DNA from: Vulcanimicrobiales bacterium
GTDB taxonomy: Bacteria; Vulcanimicrobiota; Vulcanimicrobiia; Vulcanimicrobiales; Vulcanimicrobiaceae
Length of the DNA stretch: 64,000 nucleotides
Assembly (NCBI GenBank): GCA_038231455.1
Contig: JBBRLI010000013.1
Coordinates: forward strand, 27,147-91,146
Direction of reading: 5' to 3'
The position numbers and the translations under genes were made by a program. Numbering within the stretch: position 1 is the stretch's first letter; every line of letters begins with the position of its first letter. Under the pieces are notes generated by a model. The model searched no databases and was not told the origin of the DNA. It saw only the letters and a program-made list of their open reading frames with translations. Positions 26,096 through 36,424 of the stretch are shown here, in pieces.

Positions 26096-28470
26096 TCGTC
26101 GACGTCCTCGTTCAACTCAAAACCGCGCGCTTCGATCGTCCGCTCACCTATCTTGTCCCACCGGAGATGGTGCTTGAGGTCGGCGATGTCGTGCGCGTTC
26201 CGTTCGGCCCGCGCGAAGCGTATGCATACGCGGTCACGGGCGTTCGCGAGCATGCCGATCCGCCCGCAAATCTGCGCCCGATTGCATCGAAGGCCACGAC
26301 TCCGCGCGCCTTCGATGCAATGGGGCTCTCCCTCGCGCAGTGGGTCGCGGGATACTATCTTTGTTCGCTTGGCGAGGCACTCTCGGCGGTCGTTCTCGGC
26401 GGAGCCATCCCGCGTGCCGTGGATCGATTCGTGCCGGTACGCGAGACACCACCGATCGCCTCGAGCGTTCCGGAGCGACTTCTGCGCCTCATCTGGAACG
26501 ATCTGCGCGAAGGGTTTAGCCTCGAGGGATTCTTGCGCCATGCGGAGGCACGGCGCGCGGGCGATCGGCGCACGCTACTCGGCTATCTCCAGACCCTGAC
26601 GCGTAGCGGCGATTTGGTGCGACGACGTGTTTTCGGCGGGGCGCGGACGAAAACGACGCTCGTCCGCACGCTCGTTCCCGGTAGGGGCGAAATCGGCGGG
26701 AAGAAAGCGGCCGCACTCGTCGCATTCGTGTGCGAGGCCGGGAGCGTTCGCCGACCCGATGCGCTGCTCGCCGGATTTTCGAATGCCGTCATCGCGCGCG
26801 CGATCAAGACCGGTGCCGTGCGCGAAGAGCAGCGGCCGGTGGGCATCGAGCGCGATGCGCTGATCCGGTTGCCAACGTTCGTCGCAACGGACGAACAACG
26901 AGAATCGATCGATGCGATTGCCGCGGCACTCGATGCCGGTGCCTACGCGCAGTTCTTGCTGCACGGCATTACGGGCAGCGGCAAGACCTTCGTGTACATC
27001 AGCGCGATTGCGAAGGTCCTGGCCGCCGGTGGGCGAGCGATCGTCCTTGTGCCGGAGATTTCGCTCACGCCGCAGACCGCACGGCGCTTCGAGGATGCCT
27101 TCGGTAATCGCGTCGCGGTGTTGCACTCCGCGCTCTCGGATCGCGAGCGCTTCGATGCGTGGCAAGCAGCGGCACGCGGCGAGATCGCCGTCGTCGTCGG
27201 GGCGCGCAGTGCCATCTTCGCGCCGCTTGCCGACGTCCGCCTCGTTGTGGTTGACGAAGCGCACGAGACGTCATACAAACAGGACACCTCACCGCGCTAT
27301 CATGCGGTGAGCGTTGCCCGCGAACGGATGCGCGTTGTTGGCGGTGTCGTCGTCCTTGGGAGCGCGACGCCGTCGGTCGACGACTACGCGCGCGCGCGCG
27401 CCGGACGATTCCCGCTCTTGCGGCTGCGTAAGCGTGCGACGGCAATGCCGCTGCCGCAGACCCAAATCGTCGATATGGCAGCAGAACTCGAAGCGGGGAA
27501 TCGCCGGATTTTTTCAAGTGCCCTCGTCGAGGCGATGACCGCGCGCATCGAACGCGGCGAGAAGACGGTGCTCTTCGTGAATCGGCGCGGGAGCGGTGGT
27601 TTCATCTTGTGTCGTTCGTGCGGATACGTGCCGAATTGCCTGCGTTGTTCGACTTCGCTTGCCGCGCACCGCAGTGAGGGGCTGCTGCGCTGTCACTACT
27701 GCGATGCGCAATCGATGATTCCCGAGCTCTGTCCGCAATGCGGCGGCGGTCCGATTCGCGAATTCGGCGTCGGCACCGAACGCGTCGTGACCGATGTCCA
27801 ACGCCTTTTTCCAAACGCGCGCGTCCTGCGCATGGATAGCGATACGACGACGCGCGTCGGGGATCACGCGCGCATCCTCGATGCCTTTGAGGCTGAAGGC
27901 GATGTCCTCGTCGGGACGCAGATGGTCGCGAAGGGATTGGATTTTGCGGGCGTCACGCTCGTGGGTGTTATCGCGGCCGACATCGGACTCCACATGGCCG
28001 ATTATCGCGCGTCGGAGCGGACGTTCGGGCTCATCACGCAAGTGAGCGGTCGCAGCGGTCGCGCGGTCCTCGGTGAGGCGATCGTGCAGACGTACTCACC
28101 GACGCATCCGGCGATCGTTTTCGCAGCGAATCACGACTACGACGGTTTCGCGGAAGTGGAACTACGCGATCGCAAGATCACGGGCTATCCGCCGTATTCG
28201 CACCTCGTCTACCTCGGCGTCATCGGTCGCGACCAAGCGCAAACGGAAACGGCAGTTGAGGCGTACGCATCGCGCTTGCGGACGGAATCCGGGTGGGCGA
28301 CGCTTGGTCCCGCGCCCTATCCGATTGCAAAGCTCAATAACGAGTGGCGGTATCGAATCGCGCTGCGTGGCAAAGACCTTGCGGCGGTGCGTGCCTTCAT
28401 CCGCGAAGTCATCGTACCATTGTCCCGGGCGGACTCGACGACCCGGCTCCTCATCAATGTAGACCCGTAA
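26086..28470 (+). CDS. priA: Primosomal protein N' (PriA helicase)
   Basis: GITGSGKT, DEAH, two zinc-binding Cys clusters, GTQMVAKGLDF; N-terminal 'FDRPLTY' motif lies upstream of the first ATG (26167), so the start is placed at ATT 26086. Confidence 0.9.
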   Translation: MPLVVDVLVQLKTARFDRPLTYLVPPEMVLEVGDVVRVPFGPREAYAYAVTGVREHADPPANLRPIASKATTPRAFDAMGLSLAQWVAGYYLCSLGEALSAVVLGGAIPRAVDRFVPVRETPPIASSVPERLLRLIWNDLREGFSLEGFLRHAEARRAGDRRTLLGYLQTLTRSGDLVRRRVFGGARTKTTLVRTLVPGRGEIGGKKAAALVAFVCEAGSVRRPDALLAGFSNAVIARAIKTGAVREEQRPVGIERDALIRLPTFVATDEQRESIDAIAAALDAGAYAQFLLHGITGSGKTFVYISAIAKVLAAGGRAIVLVPEISLTPQTARRFEDAFGNRVAVLHSALSDRERFDAWQAAARGEIAVVVGARSAIFAPLADVRLVVVDEAHETSYKQDTSPRYHAVSVARERMRVVGGVVVLGSATPSVDDYARARAGRFPLLRLRKRATAMPLPQTQIVDMAAELEAGNRRIFSSALVEAMTARIERGEKTVLFVNRRGSGGFILCRSCGYVPNCLRCSTSLAAHRSEGLLRCHYCDAQSMIPELCPQCGGGPIREFGVGTERVVTDVQRLFPNARVLRMDSDTTTRVGDHARILDAFEAEGDVLVGTQMVAKGLDFAGVTLVGVIAADIGLHMADYRASERTFGLITQVSGRSGRAVLGEAIVQTYSPTHPAIVFAANHDYDGFAEVELRDRKITGYPPYSHLVYLGVIGRDQAQTETAVEAYASRLRTESGWATLGPAPYPIAKLNNEWRYRIALRGKDLAAVRAFIREVIVPLSRADSTTRLLINVDP

Positions 28471-28521
28471 GCGGCGGTGTCGCCGCCAAGGGGCACGTGC
28501 CTTCAAATCGAACCGCATGCC

Positions 28522-28974
28522 ATGGTAAAACTCTCCATCAACGGCAAATCCCATCAACTGGACGTTCCCGCCGAGATGCCCCTGCTCTGGGCGATCCGCG
28601 ATGTCGTCGGTTTGACCGGAACGAAGTTCGGCTGCGGCATTGCCGCGTGCGGAGCCTGTACCGTCCACGTGGATGGTGTCGCCGTGCGCTCGTGCACGTT
28701 GCCCGTCGCCGCTGCTGTTGGGAAACGCGTGACGACGATCGAGGGACTCGCGCCGATCGATAAACCGCATCCGGTGCAAGTCGCCTGGGTGGCCGAAAAC
28801 GTGCCGCAATGCGGCTATTGTCAGTCGGGGCAAATCATGACGGCGGCCGCCCTGCTCGCGCAGAAGCCAAAGCCGACCGATGCCGACATCGATGTGACGA
28901 TGACGAATATCTGTCGCTGCGGGTGTTATCCGCGCATCAAATCGGCGATCAAGAAAGCCGCGGGGATCGCATGA
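28522..28974 (+). CDS. (2Fe-2S)-binding subunit of a xanthine/aldehyde oxidoreductase-family enzyme (IorA-like)
   Basis: [31 protein letters not shown]. Confidence 0.92.
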   Translation: MVKLSINGKSHQLDVPAEMPLLWAIRDVVGLTGTKFGCGIAACGACTVHVDGVAVRSCTLPVAAAVGKRVTTIEGLAPIDKPHPVQVAWVAENVPQCGYCQSGQIMTAAALLAQKPKPTDADIDVTMTNICRCGCYPRIKSAIKKAAGIA

Positions 28975-31088
28975 TGACGATCGGACGTTCGAACTTTCTG
29001 CGCGTCGTCGGTGCCGCCGGTGCGGCGCTCGCGCTCGGTATCGAGAGCGCACCGCCCGAAGCGCTCGCCGGTCAAACGTTTTCGCCGGTCGCGTGGGTGC
29101 GCATGAGCCCCGATGGTCTGACGACGGTGATGATGAGCCAAAGCGAGATGGGGCAAGCGATCACGACCGGTCTTGCGATGCTCGTCGCCGAGGAACTCGA
29201 CGTCCCGTTTTCGACCGTGCGGTTCGAGATGGCACCGGTCGATCCCAAGTTCTACAACCCGGTTTCGCACGAGATGTCGACTGGCGGCAGCAAGAGCACG
29301 CCCACGTTGACTCCCGTGATGCGACTTGCAGGCGCGACAGCGCGGGCGATGATCGTTGCCGCTGGGGCGCAAACGTGGAACGTCGATCCCAAAACGTGCA
29401 CGACCTCGGATGGTATCGTGACCGGTCCCGCCGGTCAAACAGCAAAATTTACCGCGCTTCTGGACCTCGCTGCAACGCTTCCCATCCCCGATGCAAAGAC
29501 GATCGTCCTCAAAACGCCGGATCGTTTCAAGCTCATCGGCACGCGTCAGCGGCGACTCGACCTCGTTCCGAAAACGAACGGGACCGCGGTGTACGGAATC
29601 GACGTCAAGGTCCCCGGTATGAAGTATGCCTCGATCGAAAAACCGCTGCAAATCGGCGGCACGATCGCGACGTTCGACGCCGCGGCCGCGCTGAAGATGC
29701 CAGGCGTCCGAAGCGTTTTTCGCGTTCCCTCCGGTATCGCTGTGGTAGCGGATAACACGTGGGCCGCGTTTCAAGGACGCAAGGCGCTCAAAGTGACCTA
29801 CACTGCGGGTCCAAACGCCGGCGTTTCCACCGCATCGATCTATGGCAAGGCACGCGAACTCGTCAAGACCGACGGCGCGGTGATCAAGTCGGTCGGCGAT
29901 GCGAAAGCGGCGATCGCCGCTGGCAAACCCATCGTCGCAAATTACGAGACGCCGTATCTCGCGCACGCGCCGATGGAGCCGATGAATACGACTGCCGACG
30001 TACGCGCGGATCGCGTAACGCTCTGGTCGCCCACGCAAGCGCCGACGCGCGCGCAAGCGGCCGCTGCAAAAATCACCGGTCTTCCGCTCGAAGCGGTGTT
30101 CGTCAATACGACGTTTCTGGGCGGCGGTTTCGGCCGCCGCAGCGAGACGGATTTCGTCGCCGATGCGGTCCACGTTTCCAAAGCGGCGGGCGTTCCGATC
30201 AAACTGGTTTGGACGCGCGAGGACGATATTCGCAACGATCCGTATCGCGCCGGAACCATTCACGCACTGAGCGCGACGCTCGCGGCCGACGGGCGCATCG
30301 ATGCGTATCGACACACGGTTGCCAATTCATCGATTGCCGCGCGCACGCGGCCGGCATCGATCAAGAACGGCGTCGACATGGCCGTCAATCGCGGTACGGG
30401 CGATTTCGCCTATGCGATCGGGAAGCAGCTCGTCGACTATCACCTGCTCGACGTCGCGATTCCGGTCGGCTATTGGCGCGCACCGCTCACCAACGCAAAC
30501 ACGTTCGCGACCGAGTCGTTCATCGATGAAGTCGCGCATGCAGCGGGCAAAGATCCGGTCGCCTATCGCCTCTCGATGATCGAACCCGGCTCGCGTGCGG
30601 CAGCCGTCCTGCAGCGCGCAGCAAAGCTCGCGGCGTGGGGCTCGCCCTTGCCCAAAGGCCACGCACACGGCGTCGCGATGGCACGCTGGGATGAAGGCTG
30701 GGTTGCAACGATCGCCGAGGTCTCGATGAAAGCCGGGAAGCTCAAAGTACACAAGCTCACCGCCTCGGTCGACGTCGGGATGCCGATCAACATCGAGGGC
30801 ATCGAGCAGCAGGTTCCCAGCGCCATGATCTATGGGCTGTCCGCAGCGCTAACCGGCAAAATCACGTTTGCCGACGGCGTCCCGCAGCAGAAAAACTTTA
30901 CCGACTACCCGGTCCTCCATATGGCGGACTCTCCGAAATTCGTCGTCGATATCGTGCGAAATCTCGAGAGCCCGATGGGCGCAGGTGAGATCGGGACGCC
31001 GTGCGTCGCACCGGCGCTCGCGAACGCGATCTTCGCGCTAAACGGGAAACGCATCCGGACGCTGCCGCTGAACGACGCACTCGCCTAG
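28971..31088 (+). CDS. Molybdopterin-binding subunit (isoquinoline 1-oxidoreductase beta-like)
   Basis: [43 protein letters not shown]; degenerate Tat-like N-terminus. Confidence 0.9.
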   Translation: MMTIGRSNFLRVVGAAGAALALGIESAPPEALAGQTFSPVAWVRMSPDGLTTVMMSQSEMGQAITTGLAMLVAEELDVPFSTVRFEMAPVDPKFYNPVSHEMSTGGSKSTPTLTPVMRLAGATARAMIVAAGAQTWNVDPKTCTTSDGIVTGPAGQTAKFTALLDLAATLPIPDAKTIVLKTPDRFKLIGTRQRRLDLVPKTNGTAVYGIDVKVPGMKYASIEKPLQIGGTIATFDAAAALKMPGVRSVFRVPSGIAVVADNTWAAFQGRKALKVTYTAGPNAGVSTASIYGKARELVKTDGAVIKSVGDAKAAIAAGKPIVANYETPYLAHAPMEPMNTTADVRADRVTLWSPTQAPTRAQAAAAKITGLPLEAVFVNTTFLGGGFGRRSETDFVADAVHVSKAAGVPIKLVWTREDDIRNDPYRAGTIHALSATLAADGRIDAYRHTVANSSIAARTRPASIKNGVDMAVNRGTGDFAYAIGKQLVDYHLLDVAIPVGYWRAPLTNANTFATESFIDEVAHAAGKDPVAYRLSMIEPGSRAAAVLQRAAKLAAWGSPLPKGHAHGVAMARWDEGWVATIAEVSMKAGKLKVHKLTASVDVGMPINIEGIEQQVPSAMIYGLSAALTGKITFADGVPQQKNFTDYPVLHMADSPKFVVDIVRNLESPMGAGEIGTPCVAPALANAIFALNGKRIRTLPLNDALA

Positions 31089-31089
31089 C

Positions 31090-31344
31090 ATGGCATGGAT
31101 TAAAATGCTCGGTCAGATGGCGATCGGTCTTGCGGCAACGGAGCTGAAGAAGCCCGAGAATCAAGAGCGATTGCGGAAGGCCGCAAACGAGATCGCCGGC
31201 GCCATGAAAGACCCCGCAACGCAAAAACAACTGGCGGAGTCGGCAAAGTCCGTCTCAAGTGAGGTCGCGCGGACGCTCGGCAAACGCGTCGGCTCGATCA
31301 AAGAGGCCATCAACATTCTACGGGAGCCGAAGAAGCCGGAGTAA
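31090..31344 (+). CDS. Hypothetical small Ala/Lys-rich helical protein upstream of phaC
   Basis: 84 aa ORF tightly packed between neighbours. Confidence 0.6.
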   Translation: MAWIKMLGQMAIGLAATELKKPENQERLRKAANEIAGAMKDPATQKQLAESAKSVSSEVARTLGKRVGSIKEAINILREPKKPE

Positions 31345-31349
31345 ACGCG

Positions 31350-33017
31350 ATGAACATGTTCGACCCCTTCAACGTCACCAAAGTCTCGCTCGATATCTGG
31401 AAAGCAATGCTGGCGCAGCCCGCCTCGCTGTTCGATGGGCAAGCCGGATTCATGCGACGCTGGATGGAGCTTGTCGATCAATCGTTTTCGCGCGCGTCGG
31501 GTCAAGATGTACCGGATCTCGTCGCTCCGCCCAAAGGCGATAAGCGCTTTGCCGATCCGGCCTGGACGGAGAATCCCGCGCTCGATACGATGAAACAAGC
31601 CTATTTGATCGCGACCGAGACCACGATGGGCATGCTCTCCGGCGTCTCCGGCGTTGATCCGGCGACCGTGCGCCGCGCACAATTTTTTGCAAAGCAGTTC
31701 ACCGATGCGATCAGTCCCTCGAATTTTGCCTGGGTGAATCCGGTCGTCGTCCAAGAAACGATCCGCACCGGCGGCCAAAATTTGGTCAAAGGCATGCAGA
31801 ATCTACTGCAAGACATCAACGAAAACGAAGGTCGCGTCGCGCTCGTCGATACGAGCGCTTTCGAAGTCGGCAAGAACATCGCGACGAGTGAGGGCACCGT
31901 CGTCTTCCGGAACGAGCTGATCGAACTCATTCAGTACGCGCCGCGCACCGAGAGCGTGCATGAGACGCCGCTCGTGATCGTCCCGCCGTGGATCAATAAG
32001 TTCTACATCCTGGACTTGCAGCCCGAGAACAGCCTGATCAAATACGCGACCGAACAGGGAATCACCACGTTCGTCGTGTCATGGCGCAATCCCGATGCCT
32101 CGCTTGCGGATTTTGGGATGGACGACTATCTCGAACTGGGCGCGCATACGGCGTGTCGCGTAGCCAAAGCCATCGCCGGCTCGGAACGAGTCAACGTGAT
32201 CGGTTATTGCATCGGCGGCACGCTCGTTTCGATGCTGCTCTCGTACCTTGCAAAAACGGACGAGCCGCTCGTGAATGCAGCGACGCTTTTTGCCTCGCTC
32301 ACGGATTTCTCGGATCCCGGCGAGATCATTAATTTTCTCGGTGACGGCGCAATCGAGTTGATCGAGCAGAAGATGCAAGAGAAAGGTTATCTCACCGGCC
32401 GCGAGATGGGCGATACGTTCAACATGCTGCGCGCAAACGACCTAATATGGTCGGTTGCCGTCAATCGCTATCTGCTCGGGAAAGACGCGCCCGCCTTCGA
32501 CCTGCTCTACTGGAATCAAGACGCGACGCGTATGCCGCTCAAGATGCACTCGTTCTATCTGCGCGAGATGTATATCGCAAACAAGCTCGTCGAACCGGGT
32601 GCAATCGTCATGAACGACGTGCCGATCGATCTTGGCGATATTCACAGCGACCTCTACATCGTTGCTGCCCAAGAAGATCATATCGCGCCGTGGCGTTCGG
32701 TCTACCGGCTCACGCAAAACGTGCGCGGACAGACGCGTTTTCGCTTGGGGCATTCCGGGCACATCGCCGGCATCGTGAACGCACCGTCAAAAAACAAAGG
32801 CTTCTGGTACGGTCGTGAGGGCGATGCGGCCACGAACAACCCGCCCGATCCGGATGTGTGGATCGAGTCGGCACCAAAGCACGAGGGTTCGTGGTGGACG
32901 GACTGGTCGGCCTGGATCAAAGACCGATCGGGATCGCTCGTCTCCGCGCGCAGGACGGGATCGCACGCGACGTATCCGGCTCTTGCGGCCGCCCCCGGTA
33001 CGTACGTTCGCGAATAA
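31350..33017 (+). CDS. phaC: Class I poly(R)-hydroxyalkanoate synthase
   Basis: DKRF, SPSNF, PPWINKFYILDL, GYCIGG lipase box, DHIAPW, GHIAGIVN, GSWW. Confidence 0.93.
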   Translation: MNMFDPFNVTKVSLDIWKAMLAQPASLFDGQAGFMRRWMELVDQSFSRASGQDVPDLVAPPKGDKRFADPAWTENPALDTMKQAYLIATETTMGMLSGVSGVDPATVRRAQFFAKQFTDAISPSNFAWVNPVVVQETIRTGGQNLVKGMQNLLQDINENEGRVALVDTSAFEVGKNIATSEGTVVFRNELIELIQYAPRTESVHETPLVIVPPWINKFYILDLQPENSLIKYATEQGITTFVVSWRNPDASLADFGMDDYLELGAHTACRVAKAIAGSERVNVIGYCIGGTLVSMLLSYLAKTDEPLVNAATLFASLTDFSDPGEIINFLGDGAIELIEQKMQEKGYLTGREMGDTFNMLRANDLIWSVAVNRYLLGKDAPAFDLLYWNQDATRMPLKMHSFYLREMYIANKLVEPGAIVMNDVPIDLGDIHSDLYIVAAQEDHIAPWRSVYRLTQNVRGQTRFRLGHSGHIAGIVNAPSKNKGFWYGREGDAATNNPPDPDVWIESAPKHEGSWWTDWSAWIKDRSGSLVSARRTGSHATYPALAAAPGTYVRE

Positions 33018-33063
33018 AATTCGCGACACGCGGTTGTATACGGTGGTCGCTCCGTAAATCGTC

Positions 33064-34083
33064 TTACGAGGGCAAACGCAAGAGTTCGCGTGCGTTGCGG
33101 TTGTACAGTTTTTCGCGCACATCGTCTGGGAGTTCGAGTGAGTCGAGCGCGCGGATCGTCTCGCGGATGAAGAGCGGTCCGCCCTCCGGATCGAACGGGC
33201 AATCGGTACCGAAGAGCGAGTGATCGTGGCCGAAGAAATCTAGACCGCAGCGAATCGCTGGAGCCGAACCGTTGACCGACGTATCGGCGTAAAATTTCCG
33301 GAAGTAATCGACGGGACGTTTCCCCTTCGCGTTCATCGCTTTTACGATGCCCGTGTAGTCGACGTCGGCCGTGCGCGTGCCCATCTGATCCATGCCAAGA
33401 CCAACGCGCGCCTCGAGATACGGGACCATCGCGCCCATGTGGTGCGTGATGATCTTGAGGTTGGGCCAACGATCGAAGAAGCCGGAGAAGACCATGCGGG
33501 CCATCGCAGCGCTGGTTTCGTACGGCCATCCAAAGAGCCACCAGATTTCGTACTTCGACGATTTTTCGCTCGCGTAGTCGGTCATCGATGGACCGCGTGT
33601 CGGATGCAACCAAATCGGCAGATCGTAGTCATGCATTTTTTGGAAGATCGGCGCGAACTCGTCTTCATCGAGCGGACGTCCGTTCACGTTCGTAAAAATT
33701 TGAATGCCCTTCGCGCCGAGGTGTTCGATCGCGCGCGTCATTTCCTCAAGCGCGGCGGGTACGTTGTTCATCGGGAGGGACGCAACCCAAGCGGGAAAAC
33801 GATCCGGATGCTTGCGAGCGATCTCGGACATCCCGTCGTTTGCAAGGCGCGCCAGTTCCGGCGAGCTGTCCGGCGGTGCGATCGCCTCGATCGTCGGCAG
33901 TGAGAGCGTGAGGACTTGCTGATACTCGCCGAACTCTTCCATCATCTTGAGTCGCGCGTCCAAATCCCAGAGCACGGGGATATGGAGCCAGCGTTTGATC
34001 GCGCCTTTGTCCGGCGCGACTTCGAGCATTCGATCGAAGAACGCCTTGGGGAAGATGTGCGGAAAGATATCGATCTTCATCAT
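33064..34083 (-). CDS. Amidohydrolase_2 family protein (ACMSD/LigY/decarboxylase-like)
   Basis: IDIFPH, IWLHP, GWPYET, THHMG, FGTDCPF; GGGAG RBS. Confidence 0.85.
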   Translation of the reverse strand: MMKIDIFPHIFPKAFFDRMLEVAPDKGAIKRWLHIPVLWDLDARLKMMEEFGEYQQVLTLSLPTIEAIAPPDSSPELARLANDGMSEIARKHPDRFPAWVASLPMNNVPAALEEMTRAIEHLGAKGIQIFTNVNGRPLDEDEFAPIFQKMHDYDLPIWLHPTRGPSMTDYASEKSSKYEIWWLFGWPYETSAAMARMVFSGFFDRWPNLKIITHHMGAMVPYLEARVGLGMDQMGTRTADVDYTGIVKAMNAKGKRPVDYFRKFYADTSVNGSAPAIRCGLDFFGHDHSLFGTDCPFDPEGGPLFIRETIRALDSLELPDDVREKLYNRNARELLRLPS

Positions 34084-34121
34084 GTGCTCCCGGCGATGTT
34101 TTTTGCGATGATGACGATTCA

Positions 34122-34200
34122 TCAGCGTACTGTCAATTCTCCCGCCGACGGAACGGGAAGTATGGAGGCAATTGACAGTATGCTGACGATAGGCTACGGT
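34122..34200. promoter_or_regulatory. Divergent promoter region with two inverted MarR-type operators overlapping TTGACA elements
   Basis: tcagcgtactgtcaat (34122-34137) matches the reverse complement of attgacagtatgctga (34171-34186) at 15/16; plus-strand TTGACA-N17-TACGGT. Confidence 0.65.
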
Positions 34201-34225
34201 ACCGAAAATTTGAGGAGGCCGACCA

Positions 34226-34777
34226 GTGGGCACGAATCGCTCCCGGCAACACGGCATCGATCGTTGGGTACGCGACGAACGACTGGGCGCGATCTATCGC
34301 CGTCCCGGCTTTATGATCCGGCGCGCCCACCAAGTCGCGATCGGCATTTTTGCTGAGGAATGCGCCGACCTCGATCTCACGCCGCAGCAACACGGCGTTC
34401 TGAGCGCCCTCGCTCGGTTTCCCGGTATCGATCAGATCTCGCTCGGTCGTTTGCTTGGCCTCGATCGTTCGACCGTTGCCGGTGTCGTCGGACGCCTAAG
34501 CGATCGCGGCCTAGTGCGGCGCTCGGTGAGTCGCGTCGACCGGCGTCGTCTCTTACTCGCACTTCGGGCTGCCGGGACGCGGGCACTCGAGGCTTCACAC
34601 GGCGCTGCCGAGCGAGCGCAGGAGCGTTTGCTCGCGCCGCTCTCGGCGAGCGAACGAACGCAGTTTCTCACCCTCCTCGAACGCGTTCTCGACGAACACA
34701 ATCCGAGCACGCGCGTCCCGGTCTCGCACGGTTCGTACGCGGACCCGCGAATGACCGCAAACGCGCTGCGTGAGTGA
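34226..34777 (+). CDS. MarR family regulator (PcaV-like)
   Basis: PGFMIRRAHQ, LTPQQ, GIDQISLG, GLDRST, DRRR; GGAGG RBS. Confidence 0.88.
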   Translation: MGTNRSRQHGIDRWVRDERLGAIYRRPGFMIRRAHQVAIGIFAEECADLDLTPQQHGVLSALARFPGIDQISLGRLLGLDRSTVAGVVGRLSDRGLVRRSVSRVDRRRLLLALRAAGTRALEASHGAAERAQERLLAPLSASERTQFLTLLERVLDEHNPSTRVPVSHGSYADPRMTANALRE

Positions 34778-34790
34778 AAGAGGCCAGTAC

Positions 34791-35720
34791 ATGAACCGTT
34801 CGCATGTCATCGTTTCCAGTGTCGCGTCCTTGCTCGCACTTTCCACGCGGGCACGTGCCGAGACGCCGCCGATCAAGATTAGCGTTGCGACGACACCGAT
34901 CGACATCGGCGCCCAGGTGCTCTTCGCGAAGGACGCGGGTTTCTTCAAGAAAGCCGGGCTCGATGTCGACGTCCGCTTGATCAACAATGGAGCGGCGATC
35001 GCCGCTGCCGTCGCGGGCGGCGCCGTCGATATCGGCCAAGCAAATCTTGTCTCACTTGCCACGGCCCACGAACGCGGTTTGCCGTTCGTGTTGATCGCGC
35101 CGGGCGGCTACTATTCGAGCGCCGAGCCAACGACGGCGATGCTCGTCGAGAAATCCTCGTCCATCAAATCGGCAAAAGATCTTAGCGGCAAAACGATCGC
35201 GGTGAGCGGGATCAAGAACATCACGCAAGTCGGTGCGTCGGCGTGGATCGATCAAAACGGCGGTGATGTGAACGCGATCAAGTGGATCGAACTGCCGTTT
35301 CCGCAAATGGCGCCGGCGCTCGCCGCGGGACGCGTCGACGCCGCCGTTATTGCCGAGCCCGAACTCTCGCAGGCGCTCAGCGCGTCGGCTCGCACGCTTG
35401 CAAACGTTTACACCTCGGTTGGAAACGGGTTCATGATCGGCGCGTGGTTTGCCAAAGGTGACTATGCAAAGGAGCATCCCGATGTGGTGAAGCGCTTTAA
35501 CGAGGCGATTGTCGAGACATCGAAATGGGCGAATAGCCACCACGCCGAGTCGGCAAAAATTCTCGAAGCATATACCAAACAAACGATCGAACCGCAGATC
35601 AAGCGCGTGCGATTCGTCGAAAAGCTCACCGCCGCCGACGCGCAACCGCTGATCGACGCAGCAGCGAAATACAAAGTTCTCAAAGCGAGTTTTCCGGCAG
35701 CGGAGTTCATCGCCCAGTGA
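34791..35720 (+). CDS. ABC substrate-binding protein, NitT/TauT (NMT1-like)
   Basis: Signal peptide, GFFKKAGLDV, AVAGGAVDIG, DLSGKTIAV, GRVDAAVIAEP. Confidence 0.85.
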   Translation: MNRSHVIVSSVASLLALSTRARAETPPIKISVATTPIDIGAQVLFAKDAGFFKKAGLDVDVRLINNGAAIAAAVAGGAVDIGQANLVSLATAHERGLPFVLIAPGGYYSSAEPTTAMLVEKSSSIKSAKDLSGKTIAVSGIKNITQVGASAWIDQNGGDVNAIKWIELPFPQMAPALAAGRVDAAVIAEPELSQALSASARTLANVYTSVGNGFMIGAWFAKGDYAKEHPDVVKRFNEAIVETSKWANSHHAESAKILEAYTKQTIEPQIKRVRFVEKLTAADAQPLIDAAAKYKVLKASFPAAEFIAQ

Positions 35721-36424
35721 TGCCGACACCGCTCGACCCGGCCGTGGTGCGCGGACTGCGCGAGACGATTGCGCTCGGCAGCCGGATCCTTGCCAAATTG
35801 GAACTGGTTGACTACCTCGGCCATATCAGTGCGCGCGTCCCCGGAAGTGAGTACGTCCTCATTCGCGCGCGCGGCGCCGAACAAGGCAGCCAGCTTCACC
35901 TTACTCCCGAACAAGTAACCCTCGTCGATCTGGAAGGCGAGCACGTCGAGGGCACCTTCCGACAGCCGGATGAAACCAAACTGCACACCGAACTCTACAA
36001 AGCGCGACCCGACGTTACCGCAATCGTGCACACACACCAGCCAATCGCAACGATCTTCGGCGATCTCGAAAAACCGATCTTGCCGATGCAAGGCGTCATG
36101 GCATCCGTCGTTCGTATGGAAATCCCGATCTATCACTCCGCTCGCAAAGTCACCACAACCAAACAAGGCGAGGACGTCGCACGGGCCCTTGGCGACAAGA
36201 TGATCGTCCATTTGCAAAACCACGGCATCACGATCGTCGGCCAGAGCGTCCAAGAAGTCGTGATTAATGCAATTTGGCTCGAACATCAGGCCAAGCTCAC
36301 CATGCTCGCCTCGACGATCGGAAACCCGCGCGGAATGAGTCGTGAGGATTTGGACATGCAAGCAAAGGACGCGTTTGGACTCGAAGGCCGCTGGCGCTAC
36401 TACGTGGGTCTACTCGATGACTGA
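35717..36424 (+). CDS. Class II aldolase/adducin family protein
   Basis: GHISAR, ETKLH, YKARPDV, VHTH, NHG. Confidence 0.85.
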   Translation: MMPTPLDPAVVRGLRETIALGSRILAKLELVDYLGHISARVPGSEYVLIRARGAEQGSQLHLTPEQVTLVDLEGEHVEGTFRQPDETKLHTELYKARPDVTAIVHTHQPIATIFGDLEKPILPMQGVMASVVRMEIPIYHSARKVTTTKQGEDVARALGDKMIVHLQNHGITIVGQSVQEVVINAIWLEHQAKLTMLASTIGNPRGMSREDLDMQAKDAFGLEGRWRYYVGLLDD

